From: Candidatus Omnitrophota bacterium
GTDB taxonomy: Bacteria > Omnitrophota > Gorgyraeia > 2-01-FULL-45-10
Assembly (NCBI GenBank): GCA_026387175.1
Contig: JAPLME010000002.1
Coordinates: 12,780-76,779, forward strand
Direction: 5' to 3'
DNA length: 64,000 nt
The notes below the pieces were generated by a model. The model had not been told where the DNA came from and did not search any database. It saw only the letters and a list, made by a program, of their open reading frames with translations. The position numbers and the translations under genes are program-made. Positions 36,060-45,606 of this stretch are shown here, piece by piece (the stretch's first letter is position 1; every line of letters starts with the position of its first letter).

Positions 36060-36710
36060 ATGCTTATAAGGAGACTCGGTTTTGCCGCGGGATTAGGAGC
36101 GGCGCTATTTTTGTTAATGGTATCTATGTGTCTTACTAACACGTATGCCCAGGAAAAAGCAGCTGACTCTTCAGCTACGACGCTTGACAATCTCATGGCC
36201 GCCTATAAAGGCGAGAGCAATGCTCAGGCGCGATACCTGGCCTTTGCTAAAAAAGCTAACGAGGAAGGGTATGACATAGCTGCAAGTCTTTTCAGGGCCG
36301 TTGCGCTGGCGGAGCGGGTGCATTATGAGCGTTATGCCGGAATAATTAAGAAGCTCGGAGGAACGCTGAATGCCGCCGTTGAAATTCCGGTAGTGAAGAG
36401 CACTCCGGAGAATCTGAAAGCGGCATTCGAAGGGGAAACATACGAAAAGGATGTTATGTATCCCGCATTTCTCATTCAGGCCCAAAAGGAAGAGATGAAA
36501 GACGCGATCGACGCGTTTGAAGATACTATTGCCGCCGAAGGCGTTCACGCCGATCTGTACGCCAGAATGTCCAGTAACCTGGTGCTCTCCAGAGGCTTAT
36601 CGAAAGATTTTCTTGTGTGTCCGGTCTGCGGGAATGTTGTGGATGTCATTACCACCGAACTGTGTCCGATCTGCTCGACTGAGACGAGAAAATTTAAGAT
36701 GGTAAGATAG
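36060..36710 (+). CDS. Rubrerythrin family protein with N-terminal signal peptide
   Basis: GESNA, AERVH, GETYE, AEGVH; CPVCG/CPICS rubredoxin-like domain. Confidence 0.88.
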   Translation: MLIRRLGFAAGLGAALFLLMVSMCLTNTYAQEKAADSSATTLDNLMAAYKGESNAQARYLAFAKKANEEGYDIAASLFRAVALAERVHYERYAGIIKKLGGTLNAAVEIPVVKSTPENLKAAFEGETYEKDVMYPAFLIQAQKEEMKDAIDAFEDTIAAEGVHADLYARMSSNLVLSRGLSKDFLVCPVCGNVVDVITTELCPICSTETRKFKMVR

Positions 36711-36734
36711 AAAGCGAAAAACACCGGTTTTTTT

Positions 36735-36774
36735 AAGAGGCCTTCCCATATCTCGAAGGGAGGGCCTTCTTTTT
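36735..36774 (+). terminator. Intrinsic terminator
   Basis: AAGAGGCCTTCCC...GGGAGGGCCTTCTT plus T run. Confidence 0.65.
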
Positions 36775-36785
36775 AAAGGAACTAG

Positions 36786-38699
36786 ATGATATCGATAAAG
36801 AATATAACTAAACAGTATGCCACCCGGGTGCTCTTCTCGGACGTGAGTTTTGATGTCCTTGCCGGTGAAAAGATCGGGCTCGTGGGCCGTAACGGCCACG
36901 GGAAGACCACGTTATTCAGAATGATTGCCGGAGAAGAAGAGCCCGATGAAGGTAAGATCTTCATGCCCAACAATTACTCCATAGGGTATCTCGCCCAGCA
37001 TCTCGAATTTACCAAGCCTACTGTGCTCGAGGAAGGGTGTCGGGGATTAAATCCTGAAGAGGCAGGCGCCGAATGGAAGGTGGAGAAGATCCTGTCCGGG
37101 CTCGGTTTCCGGGAAGAGGATTTCGCCCGCAGCCCTTCGGAATTTTCCGGAGGATTCCAGATGCGTATCGTTCTGGCCAAGGTTCTGGTCTCCGAGCCCA
37201 ATATGCTCCTTCTTGATGAGCCTACGAACTTCCTCGATATAGTCTCGATAAGATGGCTTGAGAAGTTTCTGCGATCATGGAAAGGCGAAATGATCGTGAT
37301 AAGCCACGATAGGGACCTTGTCGACAGCGTGACGACGCATATCGTGGGTATACACCGCGGGATGGTAAGGAAGATGAAGGGATCGACCGGGAAATATTAC
37401 GCTCAGCTCCAGGCGGACGAAGCTCTGCACGAGAAGAGGCGCGTGGAGGATGAGAAGAAGCGCGAGCAGATGATGGAGTATGTGAATAGGTTCCGCTCGA
37501 AGGCAAGCCATGCCAAGGGCGTCCAATCGAGCATCAAGAAGATCGAGAAGATGGACAAGCTTGACAAGCTCGAAGAGATCCGCACACTGTCGTTCTCGTT
37601 CAATTATGAGCCGTTTCGCGCCGCTCAGATCATGGACGTGAATGATCTTACGTTCTCATACGGCGGCAGGGAGCCGTATCTGATAAATGGCCTTAACTTT
37701 ACCGTGAACAGGCATGATAAGATCGGTATCGTAGGCAAGAACGGAAAAGGCAAGACCACGCTTTTAAAGTTATTATCCGGCAGGCTTAAACCTGTAAACG
37801 GCAGCATTAAGACGCACACAGCGGCTCTTCCGGCCTATTATGAGCAGGCGAATACGGCCGATCTTGATGATGAGCTTACAGTGGAAGAGGAGATATCCAG
37901 GTCCAGTGCTTCTATCGATAGATCGCGTGTGCGCGGGATATGCGGCGCGATGATGTTCTCGGGAGACGACGCCGAGAAGAAGGTCAAAGTCCTTTCCGGC
38001 GGCGAGCGCAGCCGCGTTCTTCTGGGAAAACTTCTCGTGGCGCCTTCCAATATCCTTTTCCTGGATGAGCCTACGCACCACCTTGACATCGAATCCTGCC
38101 AGGCGATGATGGACGCTGTCAGAGATTTCGAAGGCGCGGCTCTCGTGGTAGCGCACGACGAGCATTTTCTGAATGCGGTGGCGACGAAGCTCATTGTATT
38201 TAAGAATGACAAAGTCTTTCTATATCCCGGTACTTATGGAGAATTCCTGGATAGTATCGGATGGGAAGATGACGATGAGAATAAACCGGCCGCGAAACCC
38301 CATAGCCCTGCGGCTGCGGGTTCTTCAGTCCCGGGGCCTGTGGCCGTCTCATCCGGCGCGCCAGCCGCTATTCCGCAGCCGGCTAAGCCAATTCAGCATA
38401 AAAAAATGTCGAGAAAGGCCCGCGCGGAGTTTAACGCGATGAAATCGGGCATCTTAAAGCCTCTTAAAGAGAAGATTGAGAGCCTTGAGTATGATATAAT
38501 ATTATCCGAGGCCAGGGTGGCTGATATGAATGAGGAGCTTGCGAAGTCTTCGACAAGAGGCGGCCCCGGGGCTATCCGAAGGAGCGAGATCTCCAGAGAA
38601 TTAAAAGAACTGGCGGAAAAGATAGACTCCTGTTATTCCCAGCTTGACGCAGCGATGAAGACATACGATGCCGAGAAGATGAAATATAACGACGAATAG
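36786..38699 (+). CDS. ABC-F family ATPase
   Basis: Two ABC domains (GRNGHGKT/FSGG/DEPTN; GKNGKGKT/LSGGE/DEPTH), no TM. Confidence 0.93.
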   Translation: MISIKNITKQYATRVLFSDVSFDVLAGEKIGLVGRNGHGKTTLFRMIAGEEEPDEGKIFMPNNYSIGYLAQHLEFTKPTVLEEGCRGLNPEEAGAEWKVEKILSGLGFREEDFARSPSEFSGGFQMRIVLAKVLVSEPNMLLLDEPTNFLDIVSIRWLEKFLRSWKGEMIVISHDRDLVDSVTTHIVGIHRGMVRKMKGSTGKYYAQLQADEALHEKRRVEDEKKREQMMEYVNRFRSKASHAKGVQSSIKKIEKMDKLDKLEEIRTLSFSFNYEPFRAAQIMDVNDLTFSYGGREPYLINGLNFTVNRHDKIGIVGKNGKGKTTLLKLLSGRLKPVNGSIKTHTAALPAYYEQANTADLDDELTVEEEISRSSASIDRSRVRGICGAMMFSGDDAEKKVKVLSGGERSRVLLGKLLVAPSNILFLDEPTHHLDIESCQAMMDAVRDFEGAALVVAHDEHFLNAVATKLIVFKNDKVFLYPGTYGEFLDSIGWEDDDENKPAAKPHSPAAAGSSVPGPVAVSSGAPAAIPQPAKPIQHKKMSRKARAEFNAMKSGILKPLKEKIESLEYDIILSEARVADMNEELAKSSTRGGPGAIRRSEISRELKELAEKIDSCYSQLDAAMKTYDAEKMKYNDE

Positions 38700-38708
38700 G
38701 AGGGATAT

Positions 38709-40613
38709 ATGTTATCATTCCTAAATGTTCCGGCAAAGATAATAGGCATACTGGAGGCAAATATTACGCCGCGGGAGATCGCCTTTGGCGTATGCCTCGG
38801 GATGTTCTTGGGCTTCACACCGCTTAACGGGACGACAGCGCTTTTACTGGCGCTGTTTTTTTTCATATTCAAAGTCAACCGCATGGCGACATTATTGACT
38901 CTGCCTGCCTTCAAAGGATTATATCTTCTCGGGGTAAGCAAACTGGCCGACGCCTTCGGCGTATACCTTCTGGAAAAAGCGAATTATCTGACCGGGTTCT
39001 GGCGGGCGGTGACAAATTGTCCGGTGATTGCATACCTCGACATAAACAGGACGACAGTCGCCGGAGGCCTCTTCCTGTCGGCGGCGCTATCTGTACCCGT
39101 ATATTTCATCGTTAAGAGTATCAGCGCACCGCTTCTCGCAAAATATTCGAAGAAGATCAAAGATTCCGCTTTCTCGAAATGGGTCCAAAGGTTTAAGCTG
39201 GTATCACAGGCAGGCAATATCATAGGGCCGGATGTTTCCGCTACTCTCGGAAATGTTAAGGCCACATTGAAGCAGACCGTCATCAGTAAAGTAAAATCGG
39301 CCGTAATAAAACCCAAGCCGCCGAGAGAGAAGACGGGCATAATGAAGAGGCTGAACGTGAGTGGTATAGCCGTCATAATTGCCGTGCTCATCGTTGTCCA
39401 GGTCGGCGTGGGCCTTATCATAAGCCCGATAGTGAGCGCGTTCATAATAGACAGCCTTAACCGCAGCGGCAGCGCTAAGATAACGGTAGAGAGGATCAAT
39501 GTCTGGCCGCTTACGTTATCATTTTCGATGAAAGAGCTGAAGGTCTTCGATCCTCAGGCTCCTGATAAACGCGTTATAAGAGTAGGCTCTGCCTCCGTCC
39601 ATGTCAGCCCTCTGGCGCTGCTTTCGAAACGTCTCGTCTTCTCCACCATAAACATGAAAGGCGCCGAGTTGGATCTGGAGGGCGCGCCTGACGGCACTTT
39701 TAATATACAGCATCTTTCCTCATCCAAAGCCGAGGCCCAGAAGGCTAAAGGCGCGCCGGATCTCATGGCTTTATGGCGCGGAGCGCAAGAGAAGCGTGAC
39801 TTGTTCGGCATGGTGTATGGGAAGATAAAGAGTAATTTCTCGAAGCAGGGGAAGGAAGAAGCAAAGGCCAGCCGGAAGGTGGCGAGGGTTACGCAGGATC
39901 TTCCCAAGGGCAAGCTTGTAAGTTTTAAGACGCCCTCCGAGATGTATATGTTTGAGATAAAGGACCTGAACATCGACGGCAGGGTAAATATTGTTCCTCA
40001 TAATGCCGCTCCCGTAGAGCTGAAGAGCGCGAGGATCGCCCTGAAGCGCGTTGCTTTTGATCCGCAGAGCGGAGCCAGGCTTGACGGCATGAACATAAGA
40101 GGAGAATTATTTAAAAATAACGTTGCGGCCGGGAGGCTGGAGTTTTTATTTTCGAAGGGCTACACCGGCGCGGGACAGACAGCCGTTGTCAAAGCCGAAC
40201 TCGATAAGGTTGACCTTGATGCCGTGCGCTTCATCTATGAGGATTCGCTTCCTGTCCGTATAACCAAAGGGCGGCTGACGCTCAGCTCGAAGACTAAGAT
40301 AACCGGCGATGCGATAGATTCGAGAAACTCCCTCGTCCTGACAGGCCAGGCGTTGGAACCGAAGCAGGGAGGCGCTGCGGTAGTAGGGTTTATACCGATA
40401 GCAACTGTCTGCGAGGCGCTTAACCGTGTCGATCCGGCGTGCCTCAAATTCGATATAACAGGCACTATTGAAAAGCCCGAATTCGGAGGATTCCAGGAGA
40501 CGCTCATGAGCCTCATCAAACCGTATATCACCAACATCGGCGAGCAGGTGAAGACGCAGAGCATCCAGCAGGCCGTTAATTCTTTAAAATCATTATTAGG
40601 AGATAAGAAATAA
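38709..40613 (+). CDS. TIGR03546 (DUF2062-like) membrane domain fused to an AsmA/DUF748-like domain
   Basis: TPREIAFGVCLGMFLGFTP; second TM then beta-rich AsmA-like region. Confidence 0.65.
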   Translation: MLSFLNVPAKIIGILEANITPREIAFGVCLGMFLGFTPLNGTTALLLALFFFIFKVNRMATLLTLPAFKGLYLLGVSKLADAFGVYLLEKANYLTGFWRAVTNCPVIAYLDINRTTVAGGLFLSAALSVPVYFIVKSISAPLLAKYSKKIKDSAFSKWVQRFKLVSQAGNIIGPDVSATLGNVKATLKQTVISKVKSAVIKPKPPREKTGIMKRLNVSGIAVIIAVLIVVQVGVGLIISPIVSAFIIDSLNRSGSAKITVERINVWPLTLSFSMKELKVFDPQAPDKRVIRVGSASVHVSPLALLSKRLVFSTINMKGAELDLEGAPDGTFNIQHLSSSKAEAQKAKGAPDLMALWRGAQEKRDLFGMVYGKIKSNFSKQGKEEAKASRKVARVTQDLPKGKLVSFKTPSEMYMFEIKDLNIDGRVNIVPHNAAPVELKSARIALKRVAFDPQSGARLDGMNIRGELFKNNVAAGRLEFLFSKGYTGAGQTAVVKAELDKVDLDAVRFIYEDSLPVRITKGRLTLSSKTKITGDAIDSRNSLVLTGQALEPKQGGAAVVGFIPIATVCEALNRVDPACLKFDITGTIEKPEFGGFQETLMSLIKPYITNIGEQVKTQSIQQAVNSLKSLLGDKK

Positions 40614-40628
40614 AAAAAGGAGAGCAGA

Positions 40629-41660
40629 GTGAACCCGTTATTAAAAAGAATAATCGAAGCGGCAGGTATATCCGGTTATGAGAAAGAGATCGCGCATATC
40701 ATGCACGGCGAGCTTAAGAAATCGTGCGATGAAGCGCGGATAGATAACTTCGGCAACGTCATTGCTAAGAAGGGAAAGGGTAAACGGAAGATTATGCTTG
40801 CCGCGCACATGGACGAGATCGGGTTCATGGTAAAGCATATAACAAAGGAAGGCTACGTACATTTTATAAAGATCGGAGGCATAGACGACAGGGTGCTGCC
40901 GGCCCAGAGGGTGGTAATAAAAGCCAAGAAAGGCGACTGCGTCGGCATAATAGGGACCAAACCTCCTCATCTACAGAAAGAAGAGGATAAGAAGCAGCCA
41001 CTGAAATACGAAGATATGTTTATAGATATCGGGTGCTCCAGCAGAGAAGAGGCGAATAAAAGGATAGAGGTCGGAGATACCGCGGTATTCGAACCCAATT
41101 CCGGTGTGCTGAACGGCAAGCTCTATTATGGTAAGGCCATAGACGACAGGATAGGATGTTATGCGCTCATTAAGGTCATGGAAAAGCTGCAGGTGAATGC
41201 CGAAATTTATGCGGTAGCGACCGGCCAGGAAGAGGTCGGGCTGAAGGGCGCGCGCACTGCGGCATTCAATGTGAGCCCGGACTATGCCATCGCCATAGAT
41301 ACCAATATAGCCGGCGATACGCCCCAGATAACCGAGCGCGAATCTTCTCTTAAGCTGGGCGACGGCGTCGCGATCACCATCATAGAGGCATCGGGAAGAG
41401 GCGTGATAGTCAATGAAAAGATGAAAGACCTTTTAACGGATACTGCCAAGAAAAATAAGATCAAATATCAGATCGATGTCATCGAAGGCGGGATGACTGA
41501 CGGCGCGATCATATATATGAACAAGGAAGGCGTGCCGACAGGCGTATTGAGCATTCCTACGCGCTACATCCATTCGGCGACAGGGGTCTTTAATATAGAT
41601 GATGTGGATGCCGCCGTGAAATTGACCGTTAAGGCAGTTGAGCGTCTTGGTAAACAATAG
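40629..41660 (+). CDS. M42 family aminopeptidase
   Basis: AAHMDEIG, KAIDDR, QEEVG, RYIHS. Confidence 0.93.
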   Translation: MNPLLKRIIEAAGISGYEKEIAHIMHGELKKSCDEARIDNFGNVIAKKGKGKRKIMLAAHMDEIGFMVKHITKEGYVHFIKIGGIDDRVLPAQRVVIKAKKGDCVGIIGTKPPHLQKEEDKKQPLKYEDMFIDIGCSSREEANKRIEVGDTAVFEPNSGVLNGKLYYGKAIDDRIGCYALIKVMEKLQVNAEIYAVATGQEEVGLKGARTAAFNVSPDYAIAIDTNIAGDTPQITERESSLKLGDGVAITIIEASGRGVIVNEKMKDLLTDTAKKNKIKYQIDVIEGGMTDGAIIYMNKEGVPTGVLSIPTRYIHSATGVFNIDDVDAAVKLTVKAVERLGKQ

Positions 41661-41673
41661 TCAGGAGGAGAGT

Positions 41674-42483
41674 ATGGTCTCAAGAACGCGTATTACAGTG
41701 TTATTATTGTTGTCGTCTGTAGTCATCACAGGCGCCTCCGGGTGGGCGCAAGGTGCCGCCGGACAGGAACAGGTCCAGGCCGCGGTGAAGAATCCGCCGC
41801 CGGCGGCTGTTCCGATGATCGACCAGCGGGCTCTCGATGTATTGAAGAACATGAGCGATACCATTATTCAGGCAAAGACCATGGGCTTTCAATCGCGCAG
41901 CATGATCCCGATAAAAGGGCCTAATGGGATATGGATAAATCTTTTCGGCGTATCACGGGTCATGGTGCAGGGCCAGAACAAATTATTCGCTGAAACGCGC
42001 GGAGATTTTTTTCCGTACGATTTTTACTTTGACGGCACTACCGTGACGGCGTATGCCCCGACTAAAAATGTGTACGCGCAAAAAGAAGCGCCCGGGACGG
42101 TGGAGGAGTTGACGGACCGCGCCTACCGCGAAGAAGGCAGAACATTCCCGTATGCCGATATACTCACCTCGAATCCTTATGAGAAACTGACAAGCGGCCT
42201 GACGAAAGCCATATTTGTCGGACGGTCGACCATAGCGGGCGTAAAGACGGACCATCTTGCTTTTTCTAACGAAGGGGTAGAGTGGCAGATCTGGGTGGCC
42301 GAAGATGACCATCTGCCGCGTCTGGTCAGCGCGAGATATCTTGAGGATGTCAGTGAACCGGACTATACGATAGAGTTCTTTAACTGGAAACTGAATGAGC
42401 CTGTACCGGACGCTAATTTTGTATTCCAGAACACGTCAAATGCGGCCAAAGTCGATTTTCGTAAGCCGGATAAAACTATATAG
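41674..42483 (+). CDS. DUF2092 periplasmic protein (LolA-like fold)
   Basis: Signal peptide; FDGTTVT, DHLAF, WQIWV, LPR. Confidence 0.8.
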   Translation: MVSRTRITVLLLLSSVVITGASGWAQGAAGQEQVQAAVKNPPPAAVPMIDQRALDVLKNMSDTIIQAKTMGFQSRSMIPIKGPNGIWINLFGVSRVMVQGQNKLFAETRGDFFPYDFYFDGTTVTAYAPTKNVYAQKEAPGTVEELTDRAYREEGRTFPYADILTSNPYEKLTSGLTKAIFVGRSTIAGVKTDHLAFSNEGVEWQIWVAEDDHLPRLVSARYLEDVSEPDYTIEFFNWKLNEPVPDANFVFQNTSNAAKVDFRKPDKTI

Positions 42484-42493
42484 GAGAACAGCT

Positions 42494-43111
42494 ATGAAAC
42501 AGTACAAAGTATGTATCTATATGATTGCGGTTGCGGCGATCGCGCTGTTGGTCATAAGCGATGTGGTAGCAGCGCGCGGAGGCGGCGGGTGGAGCGGCGG
42601 AGGCAGGGGCGGCGGAGGTTATAGCCGCGGAGGCGGGAGCGCTCCGGGTGGAGGCGGCAGAGGCCAGCAAAGGGATTTTCAACATTCCGACAGGGTACAC
42701 CCTGACCACAATCCCGACCATCGTCCCGATCACAGGCCCGATTGGCCGGATCATAATGGTACGATCACTAAAAATGTCAATGTTAACGCGCCGAACGGCG
42801 GATGGTATGGTTACGGAGCGGCGGATGACGCGCTTGCCGGTATGATGATGGTCACGGCGATGGGCGCGGTTGCGGCAAAGTCGTCCGAGTCCAACACTGT
42901 TATTATCGAACAGCCTGCTCAGCCCGCGGTTCAAGCCGCGCCGGTCATTCCGTCCATCGGAGCGCAGGTGCCAATGCTTCCGCAGGGTTGTCAGGCCAAG
43001 AATATCGGAGGAACTTTATATTACCAATCCGGTTCGGCATGGTATAGGCCTTATTTTGGCGCCAGCGGTGTATATTATCAGGTAGTGGAGCCGCCTGCTG
43101 CAACAAGTTAA
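42494..43111 (+). CDS. Gly-rich secreted protein (DUF6515-like C-terminus)
   Basis: Signal peptide, RGGG tract, PDHR repeats, LPQGC...YQVVEPP. Confidence 0.7.
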   Translation: MKQYKVCIYMIAVAAIALLVISDVVAARGGGGWSGGGRGGGGYSRGGGSAPGGGGRGQQRDFQHSDRVHPDHNPDHRPDHRPDWPDHNGTITKNVNVNAPNGGWYGYGAADDALAGMMMVTAMGAVAAKSSESNTVIIEQPAQPAVQAAPVIPSIGAQVPMLPQGCQAKNIGGTLYYQSGSAWYRPYFGASGVYYQVVEPPAATS

Positions 43112-43203
43112 TGTCCTTGGAAAAAAGACCGAAAAAAGCAGAATAAGATCATTCCTATTTTTCGTTTATGGTATAATATGGATATATCGAAAGGGGGTGT
43201 ATC

Positions 43204-43461
43204 ATGAAGGAAAGGATATTGGGAGTGGCCATCCTTGCCCTGGTTCTGTCAGCGGCTTCCGTGAATGCGGAGGAGACCGTATTTAATCAGGCAAAAAAGT
43301 GCGTAGAGGGCTGGAAGGCCCCATGCGTCTTTACGTCGACATGTGCGAAGGCCGAGCCGGCGAAAGGCACGGCAGAGAAGCCTATGCACAAGATGTGGAC
43401 GATGGATGTATTAGGGAATAAAATTCCTACCGGAACTATGAAAGAGTGCTGCACAAAATAA
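43204..43461 (+). CDS. Small secreted Cys-containing protein
   Basis: RBS, signal peptide, downstream terminator. Confidence 0.65.
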   Translation: MKERILGVAILALVLSAASVNAEETVFNQAKKCVEGWKAPCVFTSTCAKAEPAKGTAEKPMHKMWTMDVLGNKIPTGTMKECCTK

Positions 43462-43476
43462 AGCGGTATTATTACG

Positions 43477-43509
43477 AAAAGGGCGTGTCAGAGATGGCAT
43501 GCCCTTTTT
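43477..43509 (+). terminator. Intrinsic terminator
   Basis: AAAAGGGCGTGTC-agagat-GGCATGCCCTTTT. Confidence 0.7.
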
Positions 43510-43559
43510 ATGCTGAAAAAAATATTAAAAAGAAAATGATCGGACTAATGGAATACCGT

Positions 43560-44888
43560 ATGAAAAGAAACCCGCTCCCGCTCTATTTATCCCTGCTGTA
43601 TTTAATTCTATCCGCCGCGCTTTGTTTTGCCCAAAACATAAGCCCGATGAAAGGGTTCTCCGAAAGCGATAGGATATTGATTCTCGCCCCGCACCCGGAT
43701 GACGAGGTGATGGCCACCGGCGGCGTTATTCAGGAAGCGCTGAAAGCAAAGGCCAAGGTGAGAGTGCTATTCCTGACTAACGGCGATCATAACGAACCCG
43801 CTTTCATAGTGTACGAGAAACGGCTGACTGTAAGGAAGGGCGAATTTATACATATGGGGCAGGTGAGAAGAAAAGAATCGCTCGAGGCGCTGAAGATGTT
43901 AGGGCTGGAAGAAAAAGATTGCGTGTTTTTAGGCTATCCGGATTTTGGCACAATGGAGATACTGCTTAAATATTGGGGCGATACCAGGCCGTTCAGATAT
44001 ATACTGACGCGAATATCCAGGGTGCCTTATTCCAATTGCCTGTCGCCCGAAGCGCCTTATGTCGGCGAAAGCGTTTTAAATGATATAGAGAATATTATAA
44101 GAGATTTCAAACCGACCAGGATATTCGTCTCTCACCCTGTCGATGTTAACAGAGACCACCGTTCGCTATACCTGTTTTTGCGGATAGCTCTATGGGACCT
44201 GGAAAGCGAGATGGCCAGGCCGGATATATTGCCGTACCTTGTCCATGTAAAAGGATGGCCGGAGCCGAGAGGGTATCATCCGGAATTGGAGCTGGCGGTG
44301 CCCGATACGCTGAAAAGCGGTGAAATATCCTGGCTAAGTTTGGGATTGACGGATGCGGAAGTGAAGACGAAGCACGACGCTATGGAGTCTTATAAGAGTC
44401 AAAATGAATATAATCCGGCTTATCTGGTCACTTATGCAAGAAAGAACGAACTTACCGGTGATTATCCGGACGTTACACTGTCCAAAAAGAGCGTATGGTG
44501 CAGCGCCGGGGCAATTCTGGCATACGAACGCAAAGATAATAAGCTGCTTATAAAGCTGGCGTTAAAAAACAGGCTGGAGAAAGATTTGGGCATATCTATT
44601 TTTCTGCTGGGATATAGAAAAGATTCGGAATTTTCCGAAATGCCGAAGCTGATTATTAATATCGGGCTGAACACCCTGAGCGTAAAAGATCGAAGACGGA
44701 ATGTAAGCGCGGAAAAAGTTCAATTAACTTATGAAGGTAATAATTTAATTTTAAGGATACCTTTGTCTTTATTGAAAGACCCTGCCTATATATTGGCATG
44801 CGTGAAGGCGGGATCCATTGTTATGCCGTTTGAGGATACGGCCTGGCGCGCTATTCAAATAGTTGACAAAGACCCGGTAAAGTTGTAA
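43560..44888 (+). CDS. PIG-L/LmbE family deacetylase (exported)
   Basis: APHPDDE, TNGD, LGYPD, DVNRDH. Confidence 0.9.
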   Translation: MKRNPLPLYLSLLYLILSAALCFAQNISPMKGFSESDRILILAPHPDDEVMATGGVIQEALKAKAKVRVLFLTNGDHNEPAFIVYEKRLTVRKGEFIHMGQVRRKESLEALKMLGLEEKDCVFLGYPDFGTMEILLKYWGDTRPFRYILTRISRVPYSNCLSPEAPYVGESVLNDIENIIRDFKPTRIFVSHPVDVNRDHRSLYLFLRIALWDLESEMARPDILPYLVHVKGWPEPRGYHPELELAVPDTLKSGEISWLSLGLTDAEVKTKHDAMESYKSQNEYNPAYLVTYARKNELTGDYPDVTLSKKSVWCSAGAILAYERKDNKLLIKLALKNRLEKDLGISIFLLGYRKDSEFSEMPKLIINIGLNTLSVKDRRRNVSAEKVQLTYEGNNLILRIPLSLLKDPAYILACVKAGSIVMPFEDTAWRAIQIVDKDPVKL

Positions 44889-44937
44889 CTTATTTAATAG
44901 CGGCGCGTTATGAAGCTATAAATAGGAGATGATAAAT

Positions 44938-45111
44938 ATGGCCGATAAAGATAATGAGTTTACAGGTGCGCTGTTTTTTAAGACCACCAGTTGTCCCGAA
45001 TGCGGAAGAGAGATAACGCGCGAAGAGGTGGAAGGCAACTTGTCTGATGACGCCGAGACCTTCACCTGCCCTTATTGCCATAAAGCGATCGATATCGGAC
45101 AATTGGAATAA
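44938..45111 (+). CDS. Small zinc-ribbon protein
   Basis: CPECG...CPYC; RBS AGGAG. Confidence 0.7.
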   Translation: MADKDNEFTGALFFKTTSCPECGREITREEVEGNLSDDAETFTCPYCHKAIDIGQLE

Positions 45112-45141
45112 CTAAAGAAAACAAATTTCACGGGAGGGAAA

Positions 45142-45519
45142 ATGGCTAAGAAGATTTTAGTGGTAGATGATGAACCCGGTATGGTAAGGCTGCTGAGAGA
45201 TATTTTAGAGGACGAAGGTTATGCGGTTATCGAAGCCTCTAACGGAGAAGAGTGTCTCGAAAAGGCGGCCAAAAAAATTCCCGACCTAATTTTGCTGGAC
45301 GTGATGCTGACCGGGCCCAGCGGCCTTTCGATATGCAAGCGTCTCAAAGATAATGCTGTAACGAAAGATATTCCTATCATTCTGGTAACGGCGCTATTGG
45401 GCGAAGGTATCCAGGAGAAAGGAGCGGAAAGCGGGGCGGCATATGTAATAAGCAAGCCCTATGACTCCAATGATCTCCTGTGGGAGATAGAGGACGCGAT
45501 CAAGAAAAGTAAGGTCTAG
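45142..45519 (+). CDS. Single-domain response regulator (paralog of 22318-22701)
   Basis: ILVVDDE, PDLILLD, SKPY. Confidence 0.92.
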   Translation: MAKKILVVDDEPGMVRLLRDILEDEGYAVIEASNGEECLEKAAKKIPDLILLDVMLTGPSGLSICKRLKDNAVTKDIPIILVTALLGEGIQEKGAESGAAYVISKPYDSNDLLWEIEDAIKKSKV

Positions 45520-45560
45520 GCCCATATCTTCACTCCTGGCAAATTATCATTCTTGCCATC

Positions 45561-45590
45561 GGAAACTTTTAACGCTTAGCGGTTGTCTAA
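45561..45590 (+). promoter_or_regulatory. RpoE-like ECF promoter candidate upstream of tolC-macAB
   Basis: GGAAACTT...GTCTAA. Confidence 0.45.
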
Positions 45591-45606
45591 CATAGTAAAA
45601 CACAAT

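Noticed and set aside
42585-42755. GGC-rich and CCCGAYCAY tandem repeats
   Set aside because: Coding low-complexity Gly and PDHR tracts, ordinary for this protein type
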